Source: Pirellula staleyi DSM 6068 (GTDB lineage Bacteria; Planctomycetota; Planctomycetia; Pirellulales; Pirellulaceae). From it: a stretch of 32,000 nucleotides of DNA. A model generated the notes under the pieces. That model saw only the letters and a list, made by a program, of their open reading frames with translations, made no database searches and had not been told where the DNA came from. Location: positions 1,650,001 through 1,682,000 of the forward strand of contig CP001848.1 of the NCBI GenBank assembly GCA_000025185.1, read 5' to 3'. The position numbers and the translations under genes are program-made. Below, piece by piece: positions 1 through 8,973 of the stretch; position 1 is the stretch's first letter; each line of letters opens with the position of its first letter.

Positions 1-476
1 ATAACAGGGTCGAGGTTCGACGAGCGAGCCGCTCACCAAGGGTGGCATCGCCGACGATCATTGCCGAGCGTGCGCGGGCGAAAATGGCGACGTCGTCGCG
101 CAAGTTCACACGCTCCTCCAGAGGGCTGACCCTGATGCATCGAAAAGATCGCGCGAGGTCGGACTTGCGACCAGCCTGTCACGTTGTGGAAAAAGGTGAC
201 CTGCGACCGATCGACTGGGAGAGTGCGCACGGATCTTGCCGGAGGAAGCTGGCGCGAAATGGCTCGAAAGCCGTTACGCCGGAACATTCGCCGCAAGACA
301 AGCTAAGCAGTTTAAGATTGCGTGCCCAGGGTGTCAAACAGCCGAGTGCCCGAGAGCCCGCCCTAAGCGGGGCCTCACTGGCCCGCCTCTCGCCCCTTCT
401 TACGATGTGACATCAATGCCCCGCTGAAGACCAGCCGCGAGGGGCAAAAGTGATCTCGGCAAGCAGCTTGCTGTAG

Positions 477-1949
477 CTATTTGGCGGCACTTAAATGCTT
501 AGCCAGTAGAGCTTTGAGTTCAGTAATCGTTTCGGCTTTCGACGGATCACTGGCCAGGTTGGTGTACTCCTGGGGATCGGTCTGGTGGTCGTAGAGCTCG
601 AGACCCTTGGCCCCCTCCTCGCCCCAAATCGTCAGCCGATACTTGTCTGTCCGGAGGCTATAACCGGCAAAGCCGCCTGCTGGTGGGTTCTTTTTTCCCG
701 CCTTAGCTCCTCCTGGATTTCCGCCACGACGGACCTGGGTGATCGCAAACCCTTTCCCGGGTGCCTGGGGGTCTTCGATCTGCGGGCGGAGGCTTTGACC
801 GGGAAGATTCGCGGGAGCCTTGAGCCCACAGAGGTCGGCCAGTGTGGGATAGATGTCGATCAGCTCTGCCACGGCGGCTGTCCCCTCCCCGGCATGTTTT
901 TGCCCGGGGACGGAGATGATCAGCGGGACGCGGGCCGACTCTTCGAACAGGCTTTGCTTTTGCCAAAGTCCGCCATGCTCGCCGAGGTGATAGCCGTGAT
1001 CGCTCAGGAAGACGACGATCGTGTTATCGCGCAGCTTGAGGCGATCGAGCGCGTCGAGCAGCTTGCCAACTTGCTGATCCATGAACGTGATCGACGCGAA
1101 ATAGGCCTGCGTCGCTTCGCGCTGCAATTTCTCGTTCATGTTGTGCCGCGCGCTATGCTGCGAAACAGCTGGCTCGGGTATATCGCGGCGATCTCCCTCG
1201 GGCGTAGTGACAATCGGAATTTTGTCGGCCGGATATTTTTCGAAGTAGCTCTTCGGGGCGACGTACGGGGTGTGGGGCCGGTAGAAGCCAACCGCGAGAA
1301 AGAACGGCTTCTCTTTGTTCGCTTCGAGCAGCTTGATCGCTTCGGCAGCGCCGATGGCGTCGGTTTGTTCGTCGTCGGTCCCTTCGGCGGCGAGCCACGA
1401 CGGTGTGCCACCAAATTGACCTGGCACGAGGCTGAAGATTTTTGGCTCATCGTCCCGATCGCGTCCGCGAGGGTTCACCACCTGCTGCCAACTCGGCTCA
1501 TCGTCGAGTCCACTGGTGCCGATCTGCAGCGGCACGCCGTAGTGATAGAGTTTGCCGACGCGCGCCACGTAGTAGCCCGCATTCATGAACATCTGTGGCA
1601 GCGTGACGATATCGGGGCGCTCGCTCCGAAACTTGCGAGCGTTGTCGTGCACCGTGGTTTGATCGGGCCGAAGTCCGGTGAGGAACGAACTGCGGCTGGG
1701 ATTACAGAGTGGGAACTGGCAGTACGCGCGGTCGAAGCGTGTGCCGCGCGCAGCCAGCTCGTCGATGCGCGGTGATTTCACCGTGGCATGGCCGTAACAG
1801 CCGAGTGAGTTGTTGAGATCGTCGGAAGCGATCAGCAGGACGTTGTAGGGCTTCTTTGTTTCCTCGCCCGCAGCTTGAGAGAAGAGTCCCAGCAGCAGAG
1901 CGACGATCGTGATCGAGCGCGCGAGGCGCCGAACCAGGTTGGTGAGCAT
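477..1949 (-). CDS. Secreted Cys-type sulfatase, iduronate-2-sulfatase-like
   Basis: 490-aa ORF with ATG at 1949. N-terminal signal-like segment ITIVALLLGLFSQAAG. Metal-binding LLIASDDL. Sulfatase active-site C-x-P-x-R in PLCNPSRSSFLTGLRP. The N-terminal third is colinear with iduronate-2-sulfatases as I remember them (NVLLI..DDL..SLGCYG...SP.ID.LA). Confidence 0.9.
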   Translation of the reverse strand: MLTNLVRRLARSITIVALLLGLFSQAAGEETKKPYNVLLIASDDLNNSLGCYGHATVKSPRIDELAARGTRFDRAYCQFPLCNPSRSSFLTGLRPDQTTVHDNARKFRSERPDIVTLPQMFMNAGYYVARVGKLYHYGVPLQIGTSGLDDEPSWQQVVNPRGRDRDDEPKIFSLVPGQFGGTPSWLAAEGTDDEQTDAIGAAEAIKLLEANKEKPFFLAVGFYRPHTPYVAPKSYFEKYPADKIPIVTTPEGDRRDIPEPAVSQHSARHNMNEKLQREATQAYFASITFMDQQVGKLLDALDRLKLRDNTIVVFLSDHGYHLGEHGGLWQKQSLFEESARVPLIISVPGQKHAGEGTAAVAELIDIYPTLADLCGLKAPANLPGQSLRPQIEDPQAPGKGFAITQVRRGGNPGGAKAGKKNPPAGGFAGYSLRTDKYRLTIWGEEGAKGLELYDHQTDPQEYTNLASDPSKAETITELKALLAKHLSAAK

Positions 1950-2010
1950 GCAGAAAATCTCGTCGTGGGAGAGTGGGGCGAGGAAACGTAGCGCAGCCGT
2001 GCGTCACGCA

Positions 2011-3417
2011 CTAGCTTGCAGGTGTGGCGGCTTCGACTTTGGCTTTATTCTTCTTTTTGCCACCTGCTTTTTTGCCGGGGGTGCCGTTGCCGATAGCGCG
2101 ACTCGGTGCACCCCAAGCAGCGGGAATGTTCTCTTGGTTCCATGCGTCGTAGGCAGCTGTGAGCTGCGCGACGATCTCGGGTTTATCGGCGGAAAGGTCT
2201 TTCGTTTCGCTGATGTCGGCCGCTAGATCGTAGAGCGCTGGTTTGTCGAGATCGCGGGTCATCACCAGTTTGTAGTTGCCGTGGCGAATCGCCGTTTGGG
2301 GACCAAACCGCCAGAAGAGACTCGCGTGAGGCGCTTCTTTGTTTTCGAAGGTGAGGTACGGAAGCAAGTTCACACCATCGGTTTTTTCAGCCGCTGGAGC
2401 GCCGGCAGCAGCGAGTGCGGTGGGGACAAAATCGATCTGAATCACAGGCTGGTCGTAGGTTTTTCCTGCAGGGATCTTGCCCTTCCAGCTCACGAAGTAA
2501 GGGACACGAATGCCACCTTCCCACGTGGTGGCTTTGAAGCCTCGCAGTGGGGTATTGTCGCCGGTGTTGGCAGCAGTGGGTCCACCGTTGTCGCTCACAA
2601 AAAAGATCAGGGTGTTTTCGAGCAGTTTTTCACGTTCGAGTTTGGCAACCACTTGTCCTACGGCGTCATCCATGGCCGACATCATGGCGCAATACTTTTG
2701 GCGTTTGGGATCGCTCACTGCGGTAAAGCGATCGAGGTATTTTTGCGACGCTTCCATCGGTGTATGGACGGCGTTGAACGTGAGGTAGAGGAAGAAGGGG
2801 CTCGCTTTGCTTCGGTCGATGTAGGCGACAGCTTCGCGAGCAAAAGCGTCGGTGAGATATTCCTTCTCGTCGACGACCTCGCGACCACGGAGCAGTTTGG
2901 TGCCGGCACTGGCATTGCCGGGAGTTGCGAAGTAGGTTCGTGCGCCTCCGAGGAAGCCAAAAAACTCGTCAAAACCGCGCGAGAGCGGATGCCGCTTCTC
3001 ATCGTTGCCAAGATGCCACTTCCCCACCATGCCGGTTTTGTAGCCCACCTTCTTCAAGCGGTCGGCAAGCGTGGTTTCACTCAGGGGCAAACCGATCTCG
3101 CCCGTCGGTGTAGGGCCCGGGTTGAACTCGTGCCCAAAGCGCTGCTGATAGCGGCCGGTGAGTAGCCCTGCCCGTGTTGGGCTGCAGTACGGTCCCGAGA
3201 CATAGCCGCTCGTGCAACGGACGCCGCTGGTGGCGAGCGCGTCGAGATGCGGGGTCGGAATATCTTTGCAGCCATGCACGCCGAGATCGTGATAGCCCAT
3301 GTCGTCCCCCACGATGACGACAATGTTCGGGCGCGACGCGTCGGCGGCCATGCTGGTGGTAGCGGCAGTCAGCAGACCGAGCGCTACGAGCGCGCGAAGG
3401 GAGTAGCGAAAGAACAT
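2011..3417 (-). CDS. Secreted Cys-type arylsulfatase family protein
   Basis: Track ORF 2011..3459 trimmed to the ATG at 3417 (MFFRYSLRALVALGLLTAATTSMAADA is a signal peptide). AAGGAG lies about 9 nt upstream of that ATG on the minus strand. Motifs IVVIVGDDMGYHDLG and PYCSPTRAGLLTGRY (C-x-P-x-R). 468 aa. Confidence 0.9.
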   Translation of the reverse strand: MFFRYSLRALVALGLLTAATTSMAADASRPNIVVIVGDDMGYHDLGVHGCKDIPTPHLDALATSGVRCTSGYVSGPYCSPTRAGLLTGRYQQRFGHEFNPGPTPTGEIGLPLSETTLADRLKKVGYKTGMVGKWHLGNDEKRHPLSRGFDEFFGFLGGARTYFATPGNASAGTKLLRGREVVDEKEYLTDAFAREAVAYIDRSKASPFFLYLTFNAVHTPMEASQKYLDRFTAVSDPKRQKYCAMMSAMDDAVGQVVAKLEREKLLENTLIFFVSDNGGPTAANTGDNTPLRGFKATTWEGGIRVPYFVSWKGKIPAGKTYDQPVIQIDFVPTALAAAGAPAAEKTDGVNLLPYLTFENKEAPHASLFWRFGPQTAIRHGNYKLVMTRDLDKPALYDLAADISETKDLSADKPEIVAQLTAAYDAWNQENIPAAWGAPSRAIGNGTPGKKAGGKKKNKAKVEAATPAS

Positions 3418-3841
3418 CGAAGCAGGCTCCTTGAGGAGAGAAAAGTGCGATACCCACACGGCTGGGCGTGGCGAGAAACGCTGCCACGTCCTTGCGACCG
3501 TCGGTCACCTTCAAGCGAGGCTCCGGGCCAGATAAGTGCGTCGATTATAGATGCGCGAAGGGGCCGATTGCTGCGCGACCTGCGTCAAGAATCTGCTGAA
3601 AAACGAGAATCGTCGCGCTCGCGGAAGGGCTTCATCCCCCTGCAAGAGCGCCGAAATCGTAAGAGGGGCTGCGACTTACGTCGTGCCGCTCGCACCGTGA
3701 GACGGCCCCTGCCGGGTGAAAGAAAAGGGACCGGGAGGCCATTCATGAAGCATGTTGTTGCAGCGTGTAACAAACCCGAGCGGTTCACGCCTGGCAAAGG
3801 AGCAAGAAGTTTCTCACTCTCACAGTCGAAGCGATCCTGCC

Positions 3842-4111
3842 ATGATCTCGACCCAGTGGTTAACCGTCCAGCCGCATCCGAAACCCAACCAGCGCCCCGC
3901 CGCAGGGCTGTCGAAAGTCTACTACCTGGCGTGGCGACTCCGGCCGCATCATGCCTGGCGGAGTGAAGAATTCGAGATCCGCGCGAAGGCGTACGAACGC
4001 TATTTCAGCCTGATAGAGCGAGGCTACGATGCGGTGCTCGAAGTTCGTAGTCGCAGCGCCGTCGACCAGCAGATGTCGCACGGCGATGAGTTTTATGGCG
4101 AAACGACGTAA
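3842..4111 (+). CDS. Hypothetical small protein (89 aa), start uncertain
   Basis: Internal ATG of track ORF 3752..4111. Third codon positions are mostly G/C, as in the confident genes. The C-terminal two thirds look protein-like (KVYYLAWRLRPHHAWRSEEFEIRAKAYERYFSLIERGYDAVLEV). No recognisable family and no clear SD. It competes with an overlapping frame that starts at 3745. Confidence 0.35.
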   Translation: MISTQWLTVQPHPKPNQRPAAGLSKVYYLAWRLRPHHAWRSEEFEIRAKAYERYFSLIERGYDAVLEVRSRSAVDQQMSHGDEFYGETT

Positions 4112-4125
4112 TGCACGAATCGCGA

Positions 4126-4806
4126 TTAGCGATCGCGTCCGCTGTAACGCAGGATGTAGTACAGCAGCGTCATCACGCTCTGCAGGGTGGCGGCGACATA
4201 GGTGAGCGCGGCAGCGTTCAGCACTTTGTTTACAGGCCCCATTTCATACTGGTTCACGATCCCGTGTTCGACCAGCAACTGCTTCGCTCGCGAGCTGGCG
4301 TTGAACTCGACCGGCAAGTTGATCACCTGAAAGATCACCACAAAGCTGAAGAACACAATGCCTGCGAAGAGCAGGATTTTGAAGTTCATCAAAATGCCGG
4401 CCATGATCAGGAACCACGACACACCGCTGCCGAAGCTGGCGGCTGGCACGGCCAGATTTCGCAGCACCAGCGGAATGTAGCCAAACGCATGTTGCAGCGC
4501 GTGCCCCGCTTCGTGAGCAGCAATGCCAACCGCCGTGAGGTGCCGCCCGTGATAGACGTCGCTGCTGAGTCGCAGCACGCGATCGCGGGGGTCGTAGTGG
4601 TCGCTCATTTCCCCCGGAACTTGTTCGATCTGCACATTCGTGAGCCCCGCAGCGTCGAGGATTTTTCGTGCGGCGGCATATCCCGAGAGGCTGGCAGGGG
4701 ACTGCTGTCCCTTGACGTAAGCCGAGCGAATCATCCACTGCGCAATGAGCGAGAGGATGATCGCTGGAGCGATGAAGAGCAGGTAGGTGAAATCGTAGAA
4801 CATCAT
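4126..4806 (-). CDS. Putative neutral zinc metallopeptidase, YugP-like membrane protein
   Basis: Track ORF 4126..4869 trimmed to the ATGATG at 4806 (MMFYDFTYLLFIAPAIILSLIAQW is the typical YugP-type start). HExxH zinc motif in IAAHEAGHALQH. C-terminal hydrophobic helices. 226 aa. Confidence 0.85.
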   Translation of the reverse strand: MMFYDFTYLLFIAPAIILSLIAQWMIRSAYVKGQQSPASLSGYAAARKILDAAGLTNVQIEQVPGEMSDHYDPRDRVLRLSSDVYHGRHLTAVGIAAHEAGHALQHAFGYIPLVLRNLAVPAASFGSGVSWFLIMAGILMNFKILLFAGIVFFSFVVIFQVINLPVEFNASSRAKQLLVEHGIVNQYEMGPVNKVLNAAALTYVAATLQSVMTLLYYILRYSGRDR

Positions 4807-5276
4807 GGGTGATTGGTCTTCTTGACAAGTGGTTATGGGAAAGAGCTGGCCGGGAGCACTCGGGCCCATTTTGCCCGTGGCTACAACCAGCCAGCTCTCG
4901 AAAGAATCGGTAAGTTAAAGAGCAAGTAGCTCGCGGGATGATTACATCGCTCGGTAAGTTTCTGCGCTGGGACGTGAAATGTAGCTCAGCTTGATCATTG
5001 TATCGTACGCCACTGGGCAAGCATTGGCCCGGGCGGGTGCGAAATCGGCCTCGAAGGCTCACTTCACACACATTGTCTTTTTACGCACGGCTGTACGTTC
5101 AAGTTCACTTATTCGGCGCTATCGGACGTATCGAATAAATCGATCGTTGGCCTCGCAAGGATCGAAAAAACGGCTAGGCAGCGCGCAAAGCCGCGCACCC
5201 TCTAGTATTCGTCGAAACGGGCTCATTCTTGACGAAATCCGGCGTGCTGAGCAGAGTGATTCGCCGGGCAAAATCG

Positions 5277-6479
5277 CTACGGCCGAATGCCGTTGCGGAT
5301 ACAGTTTGAGAGGTCCCACTTGCCGAGGGTGATGTCGACCGAGACGTCTTTGTCGCGCATGTCGTCGTCGAACTGGGGTCGCATCAGCTTCATTCGAACC
5401 ACTTCCCCTTCGATCCGCTTCGAGATGTGGGCGGTGAGAGTTTCGAAGCTGGTGACATCGAGGCCACCGAACGAGACCACCACATCTTCGGGCATGATGC
5501 CACCCTGCGATGCGGGGCCATCGGGGTGGACGGTGGAGATGACGCACGACTCGCCGATGGTGTCGCAGCCGATCCCCAGGAACGCGCCACGACGCAAATC
5601 GACTCCGATTGGAATCACACGATCTTTCTTCACTTGCTCGACACCCACGGTGGTGATTTTGGTGCCGTAGAGCTTCATCCCTTCGAGCGCTTTGAGAGGC
5701 TCGAAACTCTTGATAGCCGCATCGGTGATTGGGGTGTAGTAGATCCCCACCAGCTGCAAACTGGTTAGACTCTTGAGCGACGCCATTCCGAGATCGGTCA
5801 CTTGCGTGGCGTAGAGATGCAAGCTCTTAAGGCCGCGCATCGCCGCGACATCGCTCATCACTTCGTCGGTAATTTTGTCACCCACCAAAATCACCCGGTC
5901 GACATCGCTGAGCCAGCGCAGCAGACGCAGATCTTTTTTCAGATCCCCTTCGAAGTCGGGCCCGATTTCGATGGCATCGCTGCCGAGCACGAGCGAACCG
6001 AAGTGGACATCCTCTTCACCCCGGCGCGTGATTCGTGCGCCGAGTTTGCCGAGCTGCGAAAGTGTTTGTTCGCGCCGCTGTTCGTTCAGATTATGGACCG
6101 CAGTGGCTGCTCGTCGGCTGATGGCACCGCGGTCGCTGTCGGCCACTTTCTCAAGCGCCATGCGGGCTGCTTCGTGCGTTGCTTCATCGCTCGAGAGGGC
6201 CAGCTGCGTCAGGACATAGAGCCCTCGCGTGGTCGCTTCGAGACTCCCCTCGACAAACTGCTGCTCGACCGCTGCGATGGCCGGGATGCCGAGCTTGATG
6301 AGGGCCAGCGTGGCGTTTTCACGGTCTTCGAACGAGTTGCTGTCGAGCTGTTTGGCGAGTTGCAGAGGAGTCGCTGTTGGCGCTGCTTCCGCAGCACAGG
6401 CGGAGGGTATCAGCTGCGCACTTGTCGCCAGGCAAAGCATGGCTACAGCCAGCAGGTATAGCGCTCCCATGCGTTTCAT
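5277..6479 (-). CDS. Secreted HEAT-like / leucine-rich-repeat / PDZ domain protein
   Basis: Track ORF trimmed to the ATG at 6479 (MKRMGALYLLAVAMLCLATSAQLIPSACAAEA is a signal peptide). Four 24-aa LRR units at about 5628-5930 (LKSLHLYATQVTDLGMASLKSLTS / LQLVGIYYTPITDAAIKSFEPLKA ...). C-terminal PDZ-like segment at about 5379-5594 (GAFLGIG...ISTVHPDGPASQGGIMPEDVVVSFGG). Confidence 0.8.
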   Translation of the reverse strand: MKRMGALYLLAVAMLCLATSAQLIPSACAAEAAPTATPLQLAKQLDSNSFEDRENATLALIKLGIPAIAAVEQQFVEGSLEATTRGLYVLTQLALSSDEATHEAARMALEKVADSDRGAISRRAATAVHNLNEQRREQTLSQLGKLGARITRRGEEDVHFGSLVLGSDAIEIGPDFEGDLKKDLRLLRWLSDVDRVILVGDKITDEVMSDVAAMRGLKSLHLYATQVTDLGMASLKSLTSLQLVGIYYTPITDAAIKSFEPLKALEGMKLYGTKITTVGVEQVKKDRVIPIGVDLRRGAFLGIGCDTIGESCVISTVHPDGPASQGGIMPEDVVVSFGGLDVTSFETLTAHISKRIEGEVVRMKLMRPQFDDDMRDKDVSVDITLGKWDLSNCIRNGIRP

Positions 6480-6600
6480 GGCGGGGACTTTCGGTGGGTC
6501 ACACAATGCAGAAGCGGCAATCCAGCAGTGGCTCGTGCTTGATCGTGCGCGGGCCACCTATCACTCTTCTTTACCCCACCACCTCAGCCGACGCAAACAA

Positions 6601-8343
6601 TTACGTCGCTGCTGCGGCGGTAAACTTCTCGGCAAACGCGGCCAGATCAGCTTGTCCCACACGATGGCAGAAATCACCCAGGGTCTCGCCGTTTTGGCGG
6701 CTCTGCTTGAAGTAGGTGAAGACCGGCACAAGGGTCGACACCACTTCTTCAGCAGGAACGTAGTCTTTGTAAAGGTAGTTCAGACGATCGCCCAAGAGGC
6801 GTCCACCCAGGAACATCGAGTACTGACCACGAGCGCGACCCACGAGGCCAATGTCGCTGTTGTAAGGACGGGCACAGCCGTTGGGGCAGCCGGTCATACG
6901 AACGGTGAACTTTTCGCTCGAGAGCCCCAGCTTGGCAAGTTCCACTTCCAACTGATCGATCATCCCCGGGAGCGCACGTTCGCTTTCGGTGATCGACAAA
7001 CCGCAGGTGGGCCAGGCGACACAAGCCATCGACCAGCGGCGCACCGCGCTCACTTCTTCGGTGAGCTTCACGCCATACTTCTTGAGGATCGCTTCGAGCC
7101 CCGCTCGATCGGCAGGCTTAATGTCGGTAAACAAAATACTCTGATGCGAAGTGAGCCGAACGCCCGGATTGTAGGTCGTCAGGATTTCGCGAATCGCCGT
7201 CTTCAGCTGCATCTCAGCGGTGTCTTTGATCCGGCCGTTTTCGACGTTCAGACCATAGAACCAATTGCCATCCCCCTGTTCGTCCCAGCCCATGTGGTCG
7301 TTGAAACCATGGACATCGGTGGGGTGAGGTTCAGGAAGCACACTGCCGTAGTACTCGTCGACTTTGGCCTTGAACTTCTCGATCCCCCAGTTGGCGACAA
7401 CATACTTCAGGCGTGCCACTTTGCGATCTTCGCGATTGCCAAAGTCGCGCTGCACTTTGAAGACAGCTTCGACGACGGCGACGACGTTCTCGGGGGTCGC
7501 AAAGCAGAGCTTTTTGGCGACCGCAGGAAAGGTCTTTTTGGCCGAAGGTGTCACGCCAAAGCCACCGCCGACGAGGACGTTGTAACCGACGATCTTGTCG
7601 CCATCGGTGATCGCCATCAGACCCAGGTCGTTGGCATAGAGATCGACGCAGTTGTCGAAATCAAAGCCGATAGCCATTTTGAATTTACGCGGCATGTAGT
7701 GTTTGCCGTAGATCGGCTCGACATCGAAACCGTCGTCCGCTTGGCCCGCAGCGCCGCCAGCAGCGATCTTCTCGCCGGTGCTAGTGTCGGTGAGCCACGT
7801 TTCGTGATACGCCTTGGTGCGGGGCGCGAAGTGGAGCGCGATTTGATCAGCCAGCGCTTGTGTTTCGCGATAGATGTTTTTGGCGTAAGGTGCAGGGCAG
7901 CACATGACGTTGCGATTCACGTCGCCGCAAGCGGCCAAGGTGCTGAGCTGGCAGTCGTTAATGCGCTTGATCGTTTCCTTCAGGTTCGACTTCAAAATGC
8001 CGTGCAGTTGCAGCGCTTGCCGCGTGGTGATTCGCAGCGTGGTGTTGCCTAGCTGATCGCAGAGGTCGAGTTCCTCGAGCAACTGCTGACTGGTCAGCTT
8101 GCCCCCCGGAATCCGCGTCCGGACCATGAAGATGAACGATTTCTTCTTTTTGCCATCTTCGGTCACGCCACCGCGCTCGTCGCGATCGTCTTGCTGATAA
8201 GTGCCGTGGAACTTCAGCAGCACTTCGCTCGACTTGCCAAAGAAGTCGTTGCCGTCGGTCATCTCGGGAGTGAGATCACCCGCCAAAAAGTTGCTGTTGT
8301 CTTTGATCGTTTCGACGGGGCTGAGCTTACCGGTGTCTGACAT
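6601..8343 (-). CDS. cysI: Assimilatory sulfite reductase hemoprotein (siroheme/4Fe-4S), CysI/Sir family
   Basis: 580-aa ORF colinear with E. coli CysI as I recall it: FHGTYQQDDRDERG, TRQALQLHGILK, NRNVMCCP, YMPRKFK, VGGGFG, QRDFGNREDRKVARLKY. Cluster ligands C-x5-C (ACVAWPTC) and C-x3-C (TGCPNGCARP). No cysJ is adjacent. Confidence 0.93.
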   Translation of the reverse strand: MSDTGKLSPVETIKDNSNFLAGDLTPEMTDGNDFFGKSSEVLLKFHGTYQQDDRDERGGVTEDGKKKKSFIFMVRTRIPGGKLTSQQLLEELDLCDQLGNTTLRITTRQALQLHGILKSNLKETIKRINDCQLSTLAACGDVNRNVMCCPAPYAKNIYRETQALADQIALHFAPRTKAYHETWLTDTSTGEKIAAGGAAGQADDGFDVEPIYGKHYMPRKFKMAIGFDFDNCVDLYANDLGLMAITDGDKIVGYNVLVGGGFGVTPSAKKTFPAVAKKLCFATPENVVAVVEAVFKVQRDFGNREDRKVARLKYVVANWGIEKFKAKVDEYYGSVLPEPHPTDVHGFNDHMGWDEQGDGNWFYGLNVENGRIKDTAEMQLKTAIREILTTYNPGVRLTSHQSILFTDIKPADRAGLEAILKKYGVKLTEEVSAVRRWSMACVAWPTCGLSITESERALPGMIDQLEVELAKLGLSSEKFTVRMTGCPNGCARPYNSDIGLVGRARGQYSMFLGGRLLGDRLNYLYKDYVPAEEVVSTLVPVFTYFKQSRQNGETLGDFCHRVGQADLAAFAEKFTAAAAT

Positions 8344-8554
8344 GTCGCTGTTCTATCGTGTCGCTAGAAAGTTCTGCCAAAGGAGGACTCTGGCAGGCGG
8401 ATGGGGAGGGAGCTACGGCTCGAAACTTGTGCGGCCTGCGAAGGATAGGAGGCCAGTGATTTAAATATACCGAATCTGCCGGTTCGGTCCTACGCCAGCA
8501 GAAGCGGCTGAGAGACTGCCATCGAAAATTGGGGGGCTAAGAGTACGACACGAC

Positions 8555-8588
8555 GCGGTGCCGACAGGCTCACCGTTTTTACTTTTTT
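8555..8588 (+). terminator. Orphan plus-strand intrinsic-terminator-like hairpin with T tracts
   Basis: gcggtg (8555-8560) pairs with caccgt (8571-8576; 5 Watson-Crick pairs plus one G-T) over a 10-nt loop. It is followed by tttttacttttt t-tracts (8576-8588). Both flanking genes are on the minus strand. Read on the minus strand, no U tract follows the hairpin. Confidence 0.35.
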
Positions 8589-8607
8589 CGCGCGACACTC
8601 GGCGAAG

Positions 8608-8973
8608 CTAGAGGCTCACGCCGAGCGCTTTGGCCTGCTTTTGCACTGCGAACTGAAAGTAGGGAAACGGGAACTCGGGCTTCTTTTTTTGCGCCCAGCG
8701 CATCGTTCCGATCATTAAATCGCGAGGAAGTTCGCCCGCCTGCACTTTCTCAACCACGAGGCCGACAAACTCGAACTCGGCATCTTTACGGCATTTCAGC
8801 CCTGTCTCGAGCGTCGTTTGCAGCGTTGGCTCTTGAGCCGCCACAGTGGAAACCAAAACTGGCTGTTCTCCCAGCGGCGCGACGAGCGAAATCGTCACCA
8901 CCACGAGCCCTAGCAGGTTGTGTAGCACAAATCGCCCAAAAGAGCGGTAAATGTAGCTTTTTGGTTGCGTCAT
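8608..8973 (-). CDS. Hypothetical small membrane-anchored/secreted protein (121 aa)
   Basis: Track ORF 8608..9147 trimmed to the ATG at 8973, which has GGAGG about 8 nt upstream on the minus strand. N-terminal hydrophobic anchor FVLHNLLGLVVVTISLVAPL. No family recognised. Confidence 0.55.
   Translation of the reverse strand: MTQPKSYIYRSFGRFVLHNLLGLVVVTISLVAPLGEQPVLVSTVAAQEPTLQTTLETGLKCRKDAEFEFVGLVVEKVQAGELPRDLMIGTMRWAQKKKPEFPFPYFQFAVQKQAKALGVSL

Noticed and set aside
7-38. tRNA-like fragments: GGTTCGA (14-20) followed by ...CTCACCA (32-38)
   Set aside because: The bases flanking the putative T-loop cannot form a 5-bp T-stem (cgagg versus agcga), and no acceptor pairing is possible.
1-109. 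Possible 5' end of a minus-strand gene leaving the window (GTG at 109 preceded by GGAGGAG, or ATG at 61; translation VNLRDDVAIFARARSAMIVGDATLGERLARRTSTLL)
   Set aside because: Only about 36 codons are visible, there is no recognisable motif, and the track ORFs 33..296 (-) and 42..410 (+) in the same region look non-coding. The evidence is insufficient to call a feature.
418-444. Hairpin gccccgc...gcgaggggc downstream of the first sulfatase as its terminator
   Set aside because: The stem has a bulge, and on the minus strand no U tract follows it (the T run precedes it), so it is not convincing as an intrinsic terminator.
4981-4995. D-loop-like string gtagctcagcttga in the 4807-5276 spacer
   Set aside because: There is no complementary D-stem return (gagc), no anticodon arm and no T-arm downstream, so it is not a tRNA.
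585-8052. Long ORFs antisense to the sulfatases and cysI (585..1775 +, 2281..3165 +, 6229..8052 +). The same applies to 24192..25418 (-), opposite metK.
   Set aside because: Each overlaps a gene with unambiguous family signatures on the other strand, and the translations look like GC-rich noise.
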